From positions 44,082,001 to 44,146,000 of the forward strand of contig NC_043001.1 of NCBI RefSeq assembly GCF_006345805.1: a stretch of 64,000 nucleotides of DNA, written 5' to 3'. The notes under the pieces were generated by a model that worked only from the letters and a program-made list of their open reading frames with translations, was not told where the DNA came from and did no database searches. Source of the DNA: Octopus sinensis. Taxonomy: Eukaryota. This document shows positions 50,036 to 62,990 of this stretch, one piece after another. The position numbers and the translations under genes are program-made. Within the stretch, counting starts at the first letter, position 1, and each line of letters opens with the position of its first letter.

Positions 50036-51598
50036 GCCACATTTCACTTTATCTTATGTTTTGTTATTGCTTTGATTTCTGTGGCCCCCATGTGTTGTGT
50101 GTGGGGGGGGATGATTGAGGTACAGTCTGTCTAAGACAACATTTATCTATTGTGTCATTGTTTTTTTAAGTGATACGATGTGGTTTTAGGTGAGCTTGGT
50201 ATTTGGTGCTATTTCTTGCAGTTTGAATGATCATGGAGAAATTCACTTACATTAAACTATCTCTGTGTAGAAATTCCCTTCTCTAATTCTATGCAAAAAA
50301 GAACCTCTCTATAAATAATTGCTCGTCTTGCAGCTGTTGGTTAAACTCAATTTCATAGTAATGTAATGCTTCAGTAATTTTCCAGAGATTTTTAGTGGCA
50401 ACTGTGACATATATTCATTTTCCTCATTATCCTATGCTGGTATGATTCGGAAATGTAATGGAATTGTAAATTAGATCTTAGTCACAATTGTCACCCATCA
50501 GAAGACAATATCTCATGTGTAATTTATTAGCAAAAGCTGTGTGTCGGATGAGCAATTATTCATTGAAAGTTTCTTTGATGTATAGAATTAGAAAATGGAA
50601 TTTTTACATAATGATTGTTTAACAATTAGTGAATTTCTACATGATCATTCAGACTGCAAGAAATAGCAGTCAAATCTCACTAAAACCATTGCTTTAAAAG
50701 ATGACAGAATAGATAAATGTTGCTTTAAAAAAAAATGAAAGTTTCTTTGTTATACTTGTTATATTAGAGAAGGGAATTTTTACATAGAGATAGTTTTTAA
50801 CGTGAGTGAATTTCTACATGATCATTCAAACTGCAAGAAAAAGCAGTCAAATCTCAAAAAAAAAATGACACAATAGATAAATATTGTCTTAGACAGACTG
50901 TGCCTGAACCCTACACCAGACACACACACATGCATACAAATTAATGTAAGGAGGAGGGGGAGGAGAAGGAGGAAAAGAAGAAGAAGAAGAAGAAGAAGAA
51001 GAAGACGAAGCTGTGTAATAGATTCTTAAAGTTTCAAATTTTAGTATGACACTAGCAGGAGTACCTGGCGTTGCTCAGGTATTAAATAGTCGGCAATGGT
51101 CTTAATAGGCTCTCCCTTTTTTTTTTGTTGTTGTTGTACATCTCTTTGAATATTTTTTGTGTTAAGTTGCAAACATTGACATTGAGGAAGAAGTGATTTT
51201 TCCCATAGAACATAAATAAAGTAGTAACAATAGGGTGAAAAGCCATGGACAAGGGCCATGTTATCATTCTCACAATAGCCCTGAAAAGGATTGTTAACCA
51301 TTCACAGGTATAAAAGTCCTTTTTCGTTCATATGTAAAGCAGTGGGTGCAGTGATGCCAAAACTCAAGCCATCTGCAAGGAGATTGAGAAACTATAGCAG
51401 ACAAAATATAAAAAAAAAGATTTAAGAAAAACAGGTAATTTTGAAAGAATGGCAACAATAGTAATCACTCACCATAAACCTGTTCTGTAGGGAAGCTGTG
51501 GTATGTTGGATGGCCTACAGCACCTCAAATGGTGCTTTTTACATGCCACCAACACATATATATATATCAAAATAAGCCAGAAGGATATCCAGAGGTAA

Positions 51599-51690
51599 TG
51601 CAGAACGATCGTTTCATGCGACTCCATTTAATTGTACAATGCAATCATTTCATTATATCAATTTAAAATGTAGAGCAATCTTCAGCTGCA
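51599..51690 (-). ncRNA. Hammerhead-ribozyme motif (copy 2, GUU triplet)
   Basis: Same as 48404-48495 except the cleavage triplet reads GTT. Confidence 0.6.
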
Positions 51691-52964
51691 CAAAGACATA
51701 GAATTTAATTAAATTAGAAGGACACATTAGTATAATTTTACCCAAAAATCTCCAAGGGGATAAGAAGATAGACAAAGAACATGTTTTACCAACAACATCA
51801 TAGTTGTAACTGAGAATTATCCTGAATGCAGATTGTTTCGCTTGTTATGAGATAAACTTGAATATTCGCTGATTCCTGGAGCTATTAGGTTGTCCCAAAA
51901 GTTCGTAAACACTTGCGAAAATTGAATTTTTACTCGCCAAGTACTAACAAAAACAACAAAAATTATTCCTCAAAATAAAGACCATTATTTTCCAAGACTT
52001 TCTACGAACTTTTGGGACAACCTATATTTGGATTGTCCAGAAAAAATTTTTGGACTGGATGTCGCTGTTTGCAGCTCTTTCACTTCACATATTCTTAATG
52101 CTAAGATGGAGGTGAAGGTTATGCTGCTATTTCACTTATCTCTCATGCTCACCCATCACTCTGCCTCCTTATCTTTTCGTTTGGCTTATTTCTTTACTGC
52201 CCACAAGGGGCTACACAGAGGGGACAACAAGGACAGACAAACGGATTAAGTCGATTACATCAACCCCAGTGCATAACTGGTACTTAATTTATCGACCTCG
52301 AAAGGATGAAAGGCATGGTCGACCCGGCTGAATTTGAACTCAGAATGTAACGGCAGCCGAAATACTGCTAAGCATTTCACCCGGCATGCTAATATTTCTG
52401 CCTGCTCACCGCCTTTTCTTTCATCTTACTTGTTTCAGTCATTATACAGTGGCCATGCTGGGGCACCACCTTGCTGAATTTTAGTTGAATGAATTGTCCC
52501 CAGTATGTTTTATTTTAAGCCTTCTACTTATTCTATTGGTCACTCAGAAGGCTGGGTCTCCAACCAGGTCTTTCATGGTACTCTTAAAACCAGGAACTTT
52601 TCAGCACACCCTCATATATATGAGGGGCTTCTTTCAGTTTCCATCTACCAAATCCACTCAAGGTTATTGTAGAAGACACTTGCTCAAGGTACCATGCAGT
52701 GGGACTGAACACCAAACCGTGTGGTTGGGAAGTAAGCTTCTTACCACACAGCCACTCCTATGCCTGGAAACTCTCTCATGTTTTTTTTGCCTGGATAAAA
52801 TATACCCAGTATATTTTATCATGGCAACCACTAAGTATTACTCAGTTGGTGAGTAGAAGGATGACAAACCATGTAAACTATGACTACAGGTTATACTAAA
52901 ACTTGAAACTTAAGGCTGAGCAATCAACATTTCAAATTTTGTAAAAGACTCAGTTACACGTCTC

Positions 52965-53310
52965 CTCCTCCTCCCCTCCCCTCCGTCCCCTCCTCCTCCT
53001 TCTTTTTCTTCTTCTTCTTCTTCTTCTTCTTCTTCTTCTTCTTCTTCTTCTTCTCCTTCTTCTTCTTGTTCTTGTTCTTGTTCTTCTTGTTCTTGTTCTT
53101 CTTGTTCTTGTTCTTCTTGTTCTTGTTCTTCTTCTTCTTCTTCTTCTTCTTCTCCTTCTTCTTCTTCTTCTTCTCCTCCTCCTTCTTCTTCTTCTTCTTC
53201 TTCTTCTTCTTCTTCTTCTTCTTCTTCTTCTTCTCCTTCTTCTTCTTCTTCTTCTCCGCCTCCTTCTTCTTCTTCTTCTTCTTCTTCTTCTTCTTCTTCT
53301 TCTTCTGCTA
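52965..53310. repeat. Expanded (TTC)n polypyrimidine tract
   Basis: Paralogue of 49756-50035, longer and purer. Confidence 0.95.
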
Positions 53311-55860
53311 GCCACATTTCACTTTATCTTATGTTTTTGTTATTGCTTTGATTTCTGTGCCCCCATGTGTGTGTGGGGGGGGGATGATTGAGGTACAGTC
53401 TTTCTAAGACAACATTTATCTATTGTGTCATTGTTTTTTTAAGTGATACGATGTGGTTTTAGTGAGATTTGGTTGCTATTTCTTGCAGTTTGAATGATCA
53501 TGGAGAAATTCACTTACATTAAACTATCTCTGTGTAGAAATTCCCTTCTCTAATTCTATGCAAAAAAGAACCTCTCTATAAATAATTGCTCGTCTTGCAG
53601 CTGTTGGTTAAACTCAATTTCATAGTAATGTAATGCTTCAGTAATTTTCCAGAGATTTTTAGTGGCAACTGTGACATATATTCATTTTCCTCATTATCCT
53701 ATGCTGGTATGATTCGGAAATGTAATGGAATTGTAAATTAGATCTTAGTCACAATTGTCACCCATCAGAAGACAATATCTCATGTGTAATTTATTAGCAA
53801 AAGCTGTGTGTCGGATGAGCAATTATTCATTGAAAGTTTCTTTGATGTATAGAATTAGAAAATGGAATTTTTACATAATGATTGTTTAACAATTAGTGAA
53901 TTTCTACATGATCATTCAGACTGCAAGAAATAGCAGTCAAATCTCACTAAAACCATTGCTTTAAAAGATGACAGAATAGATAAATGTTGCTTTTAAAAAA
54001 AATGAAAGTTTCTTTGTTATACTTGTTATATTAGAGAAGGGAATTTTTACATAGAGATAGTTTTTAACGTGAGTGAATTTCTACATGATCATTCAAACTG
54101 CAAGAAAAAGCAGTCAAATCTCAAAAAAAAAATGACACAATAGATAAATATTGTCTTAGACAGACTGTGCCTGAACCCTACACCAGACACACACACATGC
54201 ATACAAATTAATGTAAGGAGGAGGGGGAGGAGAAGGAGGAAAAGAAGAAGAAGAAGAAGAAGAAGAAGAAGAAGAAGAAGACGAAGCTGTGTAATAGATT
54301 CTTAAAGTTTCAAATTTTAGTATGACACTAGCAGGAGTACCTGGCGTTGCTCAGGTATTAAATAGTCGGCAATGGTCTTAATAGGCTCTCCCTTTTTTTT
54401 TTGTTGTTGTTGTACATCTCTGTGAATATTTTTTGCATTAAGTTGCAAACATTGACATTGAGGAAGAAGTGATTTTTCCCATGGAACATAAATAAAGTAG
54501 TAACAATAGGGTGAAAAGCCATGGACAAGGGCCATGTTATCATTCTCACAGTAGCCCTGAAAAGGATTGTGAACCATTCACAGGTATAAAAATTCTTTTT
54601 CATTCATATGTAAAGCAGTGGGTACAATGATGCCAAAACTCAAGCCATCTGCAAGGAGACTGAGAAACTATAGCAGACAAAATATAAAAAAGGTAATTTT
54701 GAAAGAATGGCAACAATAGTACTTACTGACTATAAACCTGTTCTGTAGGGAAGCTGTGGTATGTTGGATGGCCTAGAGCACCTCACGGCAGACGACATTT
54801 TTTGTTTTGGCTTTTGGCGAACACGGAAATTTATTTCTTTGCATCTGTCTCTTCAGCATCCGACGTATAATTGGCTGTGTGAGAAGTATGGTTGGCCGAA
54901 ATGGAGGCCTGTTGTTGTTAGTGTTTGGCCTTGGGACTTGTTGATGGACATGGCAAAGCAAAATGGAAGAGGGAACTGATGTCAACAGAAGGGATGGGGT
55001 AAACAGTTAGACAACATTAGAGGTAACAACAGATTGATAAAAATTCAAACGTGGGAGACAAAATGTGAACACAAGGAAAAATATTAATATGAAAAGTGGT
55101 GCACTGTGAATTATATACCAAAAAAGGAAAGAAGTAGACTAGTGTTCCAGGTGAACTCTTTATCAAAGTAGAGTAAGGAATAAAAGCATCATAACCTTTT
55201 TAAAGCACATATGAACATTTTGACTATATGCTATAGAATGAAGAATAAGCTTACCAAAACTTACTTCAACTGCTATCCTAAAGAAATCAGAAATATAAAA
55301 GGAACCTCTACTGAAATATAAATGCCTAATGATGAGACTGCACCAGCCAAACTTTCAAGGATTCACTCAGGGAAGATCAGCCAATACAAACTCAATCATA
55401 GACCAATTTCCTGCCATAGAGTGACAACAAAACTAATAGAAAATAAGTTAAGGTGGTGCTCCAGCATGGCTACAGTCCAATGACTGAAACCACTAAAAGA
55501 ATAAAAGAAAAAAAAGAACACATATGTGGTGTTTGTGTGTGTGTGTGTGTGTGTGTGTGCATGTGTGTGTGTGTGCGTGTGTTTGTGTGAGTTCATATTT
55601 TGTTTCATCTTCACGTGTAATCACTGGTTGCAAATGGCCTTGTTGGTCAAGCAGACAGTGTCATTTGCTTGCAGTCCATCATGAAAGCATATCTGGGCTG
55701 TTTGTTTTTCTGTAGACTGGAAAGGAAATTATTACTTCATTTGGAAACAGATGGGGTTCATATCAAGAAGGACATCAAGTTGTAGAAAACTCTACCCCAA
55801 CACATTCTCAAGGATGAATGTCTATTCTTGATTTATATAAAAAAAATTTCATTTTGATTG

Positions 55861-56208
55861 GCTTACTCTTTTACTTGTTTCAGTCATTTTACTGTGGCCA
55901 TGCTGGAGCACCGCCTTTAGTCAAGCAAATTGACCCCAGGACTTATTCTTTGTAAGCCTAGTACTTATTCTAATGGTCTCTTTTGCCGAACTGCTAAGTT
56001 AAACACACCAGCATTGGTTGTCAAGTGATGTTGGGGGGACAAACACAGAGATACAAACGCGCATGCACACACACACAGACACACACACACACACATATAT
56101 ATACATATATACGACGGGCTTCTTTCAGAAGATACTTGCTCAAGGTGCCATGTAGTGGAACTGAACCCGGAACCATGTGGTTAGTAAGCAAGCTACTTAC
56201 CACACAGC
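55861..56208 (-). mobile_element. SINE, family C
   Basis: Match to 16722-17137. Confidence 0.9.
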
Positions 56209-56257
56209 CAAATATAGTATGATGGAAACATTGCAAAAAATATATACTATTAAGTGC

Positions 56258-56675
56258 AGGTATGGCTGTGTGGTGAGAAGCTTGCTTCCCACATGGTTCC
56301 AGGTTCAGTCCCACTGTATGGCACCAAGCACAAGTGTCTTCTACTATAGCCTCAGACTGACCAAAGTCTTGTGAGTGGATTTAGTATATGGAAACTGAAA
56401 GAAGCCTGTTGTGTATATATATAAATGTGTGTGTGTGTGTGTGTGTGTAAGTATGTATGTATGTATGTATGTATGTGTGTGTGCATGCGCACATGTGCAT
56501 ATGTATCTATATGTTTGACATCTGGTGTTGGTGTGTTTACATCCCTGAAATTAGTAGTTTAGCAAAAGAAACTGATTGAATAAGTACTAGGCTTAAAAAC
56601 AATAAATCCTGAGGTTGACATGTTTGACTAAAAACCCTTCAAGGTGTTGCTCCAGCATGACTGCATGCAAGTAAA
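56258..56675 (+). mobile_element. SINE, family C
   Basis: Head TGGCTGTGTGGTGAGAAG and tail GGTGTTGCTCCAGCATG; diverges from the adjacent minus-strand copy. Confidence 0.85.
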
Positions 56676-57107
56676 AGAGAAGAACATTTATTTTTAAATT
56701 CATTATAAATTTATCATTTACTTATCATTATAATGTATTAAAAGATATAAGACTGCATGGCATCACATGTCAATGACTTTAAAAATGAAAGAAAAAATAG
56801 ATTTAATGTGAAAATAAAAATACATTGAATTATCCTTATTATGTGAAATTTTCCATATGTTTTTAGAATGCTTATATCTTTTATCTTCTATTACTTGCTT
56901 CTGTCAGTGGACTGTGGCCATGCTGGGGCATTGTCTCAAAGAATTTTAATGAAACAAACCAACCCCAGTACTTATGTTTTTGTTGAGTCTCTTTTGCTGA
57001 ACCACTAAGTTATGTAACCGTAAACAAATCAATCACTGTCAAATGGTTAGTGATGGGGACAAACACAAAGACAAACGCACATATACATATACATACATTT
57101 AAAATAA

Positions 57108-57145
<38 letters not shown>

Positions 57146-57249
57146 ACAAGCATGGCATTGTGGTGAGAAGTTTGCTTCCAAACCACATGGTTCTTGTTTC
57201 TGTTGCCCTGTGTGGCACCTTTAGTGTTCAGATTCTTTTCTTCTCTAGA

Positions 57250-57447
57250 CACAAGGCCCGAAATGTTGGGTAAGGGGCCAGTCGATTAGATTGACCCCAG
57301 TACGCAAGTGGTACTTAATTTATCGACCCCGAAAGGATGGAAGGCAAAGTCGACCTCAGCAGAATTTGAAGTCAGAATGTAAAGACAGACAAAATATTGT
57401 TAAGCATTTCACCCGGCATGCTGACATTTCTGCCAGCTTGCCGCCTT
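57250..57447 (-). mobile_element. SINE, family B
   Basis: TTTATCGACCCCGAAAGGATGGAAGGCAAAGTCGACCTC block. Confidence 0.85.
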
Positions 57448-57697
57448 TATTGTTCAGATTACTCTGTTAAATGTAATAATTTTTCGCTCAAATTGTTTTT
57501 AATTAATCATGCATTATCTTACAGCTTTGAGGTTTCAATGATTGTTTATTTGAATATAAGACATGTAGAATATTTTAGGCCGGATATGGCCAGTTTAAAC
57601 ACTAAAGGGTTAAAGGTCTTCTACTATAGTCTTGGGCCGGTCAAAATTTTGTGAATGTATTTGGTAGATGGAAACTGAAAGAACTCCATCATATATA

Positions 57698-58619
57698 TTG
57701 GGTCATACCATAAATAATGCAGTCTTTTCAATTGCATGAACTAAAAGTCAGAAGAGAATGGGATAAAGTACCTGCATCTACTTGTTATAAAAGCAGGTAG
57801 TAGTTTTACCTTGTACTTATTCTTAGTGCAAGTTTTGAAGAGTGCTGTTTGATTTTAACAGTTATTTTTTCAAAGTTATAATGGAAGTGACAAAGGAGTA
57901 TATTCAGCATGTTTTGCTTTATGAGTTCAATAAAAGCAACAATGCAATAGAAAATGTGAGGAATATCAATGCAGTATATGTAAATCAGACAATAAGTATA
58001 AGCAATGTCAACAGTGGTTCCAGAAATGCCAAGCCGGAAACTACAGCCTAGAAGATGAGCATTGTCCTGGAAGTCTGTAGAGCTTGATGAGGACGTTCTG
58101 CAAACCTTGGTGGAACACTATACCATCGTATCTGTTGAGGAATGAGCTGAGAAGCTTGGATTTGGTCATTCAACCAGTCATTCAAGTCAGCGCTAAAAGA
58201 AAAATGACCATCTTTGGTTTCGAGATGAAAGGTGTTCTTCCTTCAGGATAATGCTTGGCCACATGAAATGAGGATAGCATTCAAAAGGCTGGAGCAGTTT
58301 GACTGGAAAACGATGCCCCACCTGCCATATTCGGCAGACATTGCTCCATCTGATTATCATTTATTCTGCAGTCTACAAACTCATATGGACGGGAAAAATA
58401 TGAACTCTGTAGATGGGGTCAGAACAGTACTGGAGGAGTATTTTTCATCACAGACAAGTGAATTTTGGAAGAGGGGCCTTACAAGTCTACCAGATAGATT
58501 GAAGGGCCTTGTAGAAAATGAAGGAGAGTATATTTTAGATTAAAAAAGAACTTTATTTATCTCAATTTTGAAAATTAAAAGAAGTATAAAAAAACCACAT
58601 TATTTATAGGATGACCCAA
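57698..58619 (+). mobile_element. Internally deleted mariner transposon with transposase pseudogene
   Basis: TIRs TTGGGTCATACCATAAATAATG vs TTGGGTCATCCTATAAATAATG; TA TSD at 57696-97 and 58620-21; HTH remnant from 57881; LQDNAWPH and HLPYSADIAPSDYHLF catalytic motifs; ends GEYILD*. Confidence 0.93.
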
Positions 58620-58638
58620 TATGTGTGTGTGTGTATGT

Positions 58639-58704
<66 letters not shown>

Positions 58705-58709
<5 letters not shown>

Positions 58710-59095
58710 TGTGTGATAAGTAGCTTGCTTACCAATCACATAGTTCCATGATCTGTCCCACTGCGTGACACCTTGGGAAAGTGTCTTCTACTATAGCCTC
58801 GGGCTAACCAAAGCCTTGTGAGTGGATTTGGTAGATGGAAACTGAAAGCAGCTCATCGTATTTATATATATGTATGTATATTTGTGTGTCTGTGTTTGTC
58901 CCCCCCCCCACCATCGCTTGACAACTGATGCTGGTGTGTTTATGTGCCCGTAACTTGGCAGTTCTGCAAAAGAGACCAATAGGATAAGTATTATGCTTAC
59001 AAAGAATAAGTCCTAGGGTCGATTTGTTTGACTAAAGGTGGTGCTCCAGCATGGCCACAGTGAAATGACTGAAATAAATAAAAGAATAAAAGAAT
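58705..59095 (+). mobile_element. SINE, family C
   Basis: Full head and tail after a (TA)n tract. Confidence 0.9.
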
Positions 59096-59220
59096 ATATA
59101 TGTGTGTGTGTGTATGTGTGTGTGCACATATATATACGTATAATATATATATATATATATATATATATGTTCATATATATGTATATACAGAGGGTGCAGT
59201 GAATAAACTGTCATCTACAC

Positions 59221-59508
59221 CAGTGCTTTTTCAAACTACCTGATGTGGCATATCAGCAGTTTTTTTTTCGAATGTTCCAGGGACCAGTAATATTTCTTAG
59301 TAATATTAATTTATACCAGAAACAATATATATAATGAATATAATAAAAGCTGACAATTTTTTTATCTTATATTTATTTTAAACAAATAATACAATATTAC
59401 ATAAGTATTTTGTAATGCTTCTTTCTTTTCTGGAAATACGCTGCATTCTGACAGTTGATGGCTCACAGACTGGCACCAGTCCGCAGACCACCACTTTGAG
59501 TAGCACTG
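59221..59508. mobile_element. Old hAT-type MITE
   Basis: TIRs CAGTGCTTTTTCAAA / TTTGAGTAGCACTG; flanks ATCTACAC / GTCTGTAC differ only by transitions. Confidence 0.6.
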
Positions 59509-59795
59509 GTCTGTACAATGCAAAAATGTTTATGGAATAATATCGATTAATTTCTAATGTTTTCCTTTAACTACAGTTTGGTCTTTTAGGATTAATCATT
59601 TTTTTTTTTACTGCTGAAATATGAAGATAACACTGCAAATATAAGAGGTGTCAAATCACCCTGACTAAAAAATTAAATAACAATTGAGACATCTTGTTAA
59701 GTTTCACTGTTACATTCTTATCTTACCAACACATGCTTATGTTCATGTAGATATGTATAATTACTTATGTGCAAATGTGGATATGTGTGTGTATG

Positions 59796-59997
59796 TACGA
59801 GGGGGTGCTGAAAAGTTCCTGGCTTTATGAGTATTGCATAAGGCCTTGTTGGAGGCCCAACCTTCCGAGTTCTTTTAAAAGGTTTAGAAAAACTTAAGGA
59901 CCACTGCAATAAGTGTGTGAATCTGAAAGGGGAATATGTTGAATAAAATCATAATTAACTGATCCTCCTGTATTGTATTTTACTCAAAGCCAAGAAC
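59796..59997 (+). mobile_element. mariner-derived MITE, 3'-truncated
   Basis: Left TIR TACGAGGGGGTGCTGAAAAGTTCCTGGCTTT; internal LEKLKDHCNKCVNLKGEYVE* matches the mariner C-terminus. Confidence 0.82.
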
Positions 59998-60827
59998 AAA
60001 CACAGACTTAAATATTTTTGTTAAAATATAATAGTCATTGATATAAACACTTTGATATCTGCTCAATCTGTAATGAGTGAAAGATAAAATAAGCACCTTT
60101 GGAGAATGCTTTGGAGCCATAGCACCTGTCTTGTCATCATGTAACAAGATAAGCTTATGAAACTACTATCAGTTGTCATCATCATCATCATCATCATGCT
60201 AATGCCTACTTTTCTATGCTTGCATGGGTCAAACAAAATTCATTGATATAGAATTTCTGTGGATGGATGCTCTTCTGATCTGCCTGTTGCCAACTCTCAT
60301 CTTTTTCCAAACAAGATAATATTCTTGCCAGAGTCTTGATGCTTTCCTTGAAGATTGCAGACAAACATTACTGCATATATGATGGTGAGGTTTGTTTACA
60401 ATCTGCCCCCCCCCCCCACACACACACAATGGGCTTGTTTCCAATTTCCATTCACCAAATTCAGGTAAACCAGGGCTATTGTAGAAAATACTTGCCTGAA
60501 CTGCTTTGCAGTGGGACTGAACCCAAAACTACATGATTGCTAAGTAAAATTCTAAACCACACTGTCATGCCTATGTAGTGTATTAATAAGGATTCATTTA
60601 AACATCTGCCACCAACACAACCATCATGTCATTACTATGATTGTTGTTGTTATTATTTGATTTGTTTCAGTTCTTTCAATACTGAGTTCAAATCCCACCA
60701 AAATCAATTTTGTCTTTCATCCTTCTGGGATCAATGAAATAAAGTACCATTCAAGTACTTGAATGATACTGTCATTACAATGGGCAGTTTCCTTCCTCCA
60801 AGTGTGTGTCCTTGTGCTTGTATTCGA

Positions 60828-60962
60828 AAATATTATTGTAGTCACAATAGTCACAATAGTATTGTAGTCACTATAGTTTTGAAATATTATTGTAGTCACA
60901 ATAGTCACAATAGTATTGTAGTCACTATAGTGTTGTAGTCACAATAGGATTGAGTCACAATA
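60828..60962. repeat. Minisatellite (TAGTCACAA units, 54-bp higher-order repeat)
   Basis: TATTATTGTAGTCACAATAGTCACAATAG at 60831 and 60885. Confidence 0.85.
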
Positions 60963-61045
60963 GTATCAAAACTATGGAGATGTACTTGCATAGCAAGTGA
61001 CCTGATCTGAGATTGTGTGCTGGAACGAAAACAATTGCAGCGTCA

Positions 61046-61304
61046 AAGGTGTTTATAAGCCATTTAAGAAACACACAAAATTTGTTAAATTCACTTCAAC
61101 ATTTAAATTTAATTTGCAAAAAAAATTTTTGTTGCTTTGAGACTGCGACCTGTTCACTCACAAAATTCCATGCTGCATCTTGGAATTTTGTCAGTGAACA
61201 GGTCACGGTCTCAAAGTGGTAAAAATATTTTGACAAATTAAATTCAAATGTTGAAGTGAATCTAACGGATTTTGTGCATATCTTAAATGGCTTATGAATA
61301 CCTT
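61046..61304. repeat. Imperfect fold-back hairpin, ~125-bp arms, 10-nt loop
   Basis: Arms 61046-61170 and 61181-61304. Confidence 0.88.
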
Positions 61305-62680
61305 CCACTCAGCAAGTATCAAAACTGTTGATGGAAATGTGTGTGTGTATGTGTGTGTGTGTGTGTGTATGTGAGCGTGCGTGCATGCATGTGTGTGTGT
61401 GTGCACACGTGCACTTGCAAACTCTAAACAGACTTCATACAACCAACATAAAATGGTAATATTTGTTTGCAGTCTTCCATGAAGACATTCAGACTATGGT
61501 GGGAAAATGTTACCTTGCATAGAAGCAGATGGGAGTTGGCAACAAGAAGAGCAGACTTTGAACTGCATCCTGTAGTGGGATCCTGGTTCAGGATTTCTTG
61601 GGTTTTGAGGAGTGTGAAACCACCTCTTAGCTACTACTTGTTCCCAGTCTACTCTGACCCCGGAGTAACAACACTTGTCAGGTTCCAGCCATGGGTTAAA
61701 TAACATGTAATGACTTGAGTCAGTGTACATTGAAATTATGGGATGCAGCATGGTGGATGTGAACTATTTCAACAAATGCACTTATTGAATCAATGGCAAA
61801 TATCACTACATGCTGAATGGATGAACAGACAGCAGGATTAACCAGTTCAGTTATCTGTAGTTGTGGTATGTTCAGATGAGATATTTACACTAGCAAAAGA
61901 TCAATGTGACTATAACTCAGGCTAAACGTTCATGCCTTAGGGATTGATTGGGCCATCTGGTATGGAAGAGTTACTTTGGTTCCAGGAAAGTTGCTTGACT
62001 TGGATGAATGGATGGAGAACTTAAATCTTGCTATGGTTGTTTGAGTATTTCAGCCCTCTGTGTTTAGCCCTTTAGCATTCAGATTACTCTTTCAAATGTA
62101 ATACTTATTTATTCACATATTTTTTAATTAATCACACATTATCTGGTAGCTTCAAGGTTTCAATGGTGTGTTTGTATATTTTGTGAATGACATTGTAGGG
62201 TAAGTGTGAGAGGTTGGATCTGGTCAGTTTAAACATAAAACAAGTAGAATATTAAATGGCAAAGGGAAAAGGAAACATGTGTCAGTTGATCTTATTAACC
62301 AAATACTCTGCTAAAATCAGTTTTATGCCTGGTTAAAGGAATTTGACAAAGGTTCATTTATCTGATCATCACCAACTGAACTATCACCACCACACTTCTC
62401 TACTTCATAGCCACTACCACTGCCATCAACACTACCACTATCATCATTATTATTAAAAACAAATTTAGCCTTGAATTTGTTGTTTTATAATTTGATGCTA
62501 AAGCTATAAACAATCTTCTTTTAACAGGTAAATCTAGCAATGTTGACAAAAAGATAGCATTGTTTCCTAAATCAACAACAAATAAATTCGTTTTTAAAGT
62601 TGTTTTGTTATAATTCAGCTGTTTAAAAGAGATTTAGTCAAATATTATTTTGTTAAACCTACAAAGATATTTTAATGAAT

Positions 62681-62882
62681 AAATCTACTGTAAACATATT
62701 GTCAAAAATGAAAAAGGAAAAAAAAAACTAAATGAATAAGTTAAATATTACTAAATTGTATTGACAATATTTTGTCAGTTGCACTGACAAAATAATTGTC
62801 AATACAATTTAGTAATATTTAACTTATTCATTTAGTTTTTTTTTTCCTTTTTCATTTTTGACAATATGTTTACAGTAGATTT
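62681..62882. repeat. Near-perfect AT-rich palindrome, 99/100-bp arms, 3-nt loop
   Basis: Arms 62681-62779 and 62783-62882, loop TGC; one 1-nt indel seen. Confidence 0.95.
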
Positions 62883-62960
62883 CTATGTGACTAAATATAG
62901 TTTACATAAGGCTATTTATAATACCACCCAAGCCATTTCAGCAAAACCAGTTATTGTTTA

Positions 62961-62990
62961 CTAGTAGAGATACCCGGCCTTGCTCGGGAT
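62961..62990 (-). mobile_element. Helitron 3' terminus
   Basis: Minus strand CCCGAGCAAGGCCGGGTATCTCTACTAG then T. Confidence 0.75.

Larger units (their letters stand above)
47115..54785. repeat. Tandem segmental duplication, ~3.2-kb unit, about 2.4 copies
   Basis: CAGCTGTTGGTTAAACTCAATTTC at 47115, 50331 and 53598 (periods 3216 and 3267); third copy ends near 54785. Confidence 0.95.

Noticed and set aside
49697-53317. Poly-Arg/Glu/Lys/Ser ORFs
   Set aside because: Translations of GAA/TTC tracts, open in many frames and both strands.
54855-55000. Candidate exon after a polypyrimidine-AG acceptor
   Set aside because: All three frames hit stops before a plausible donor; no homology recognised.
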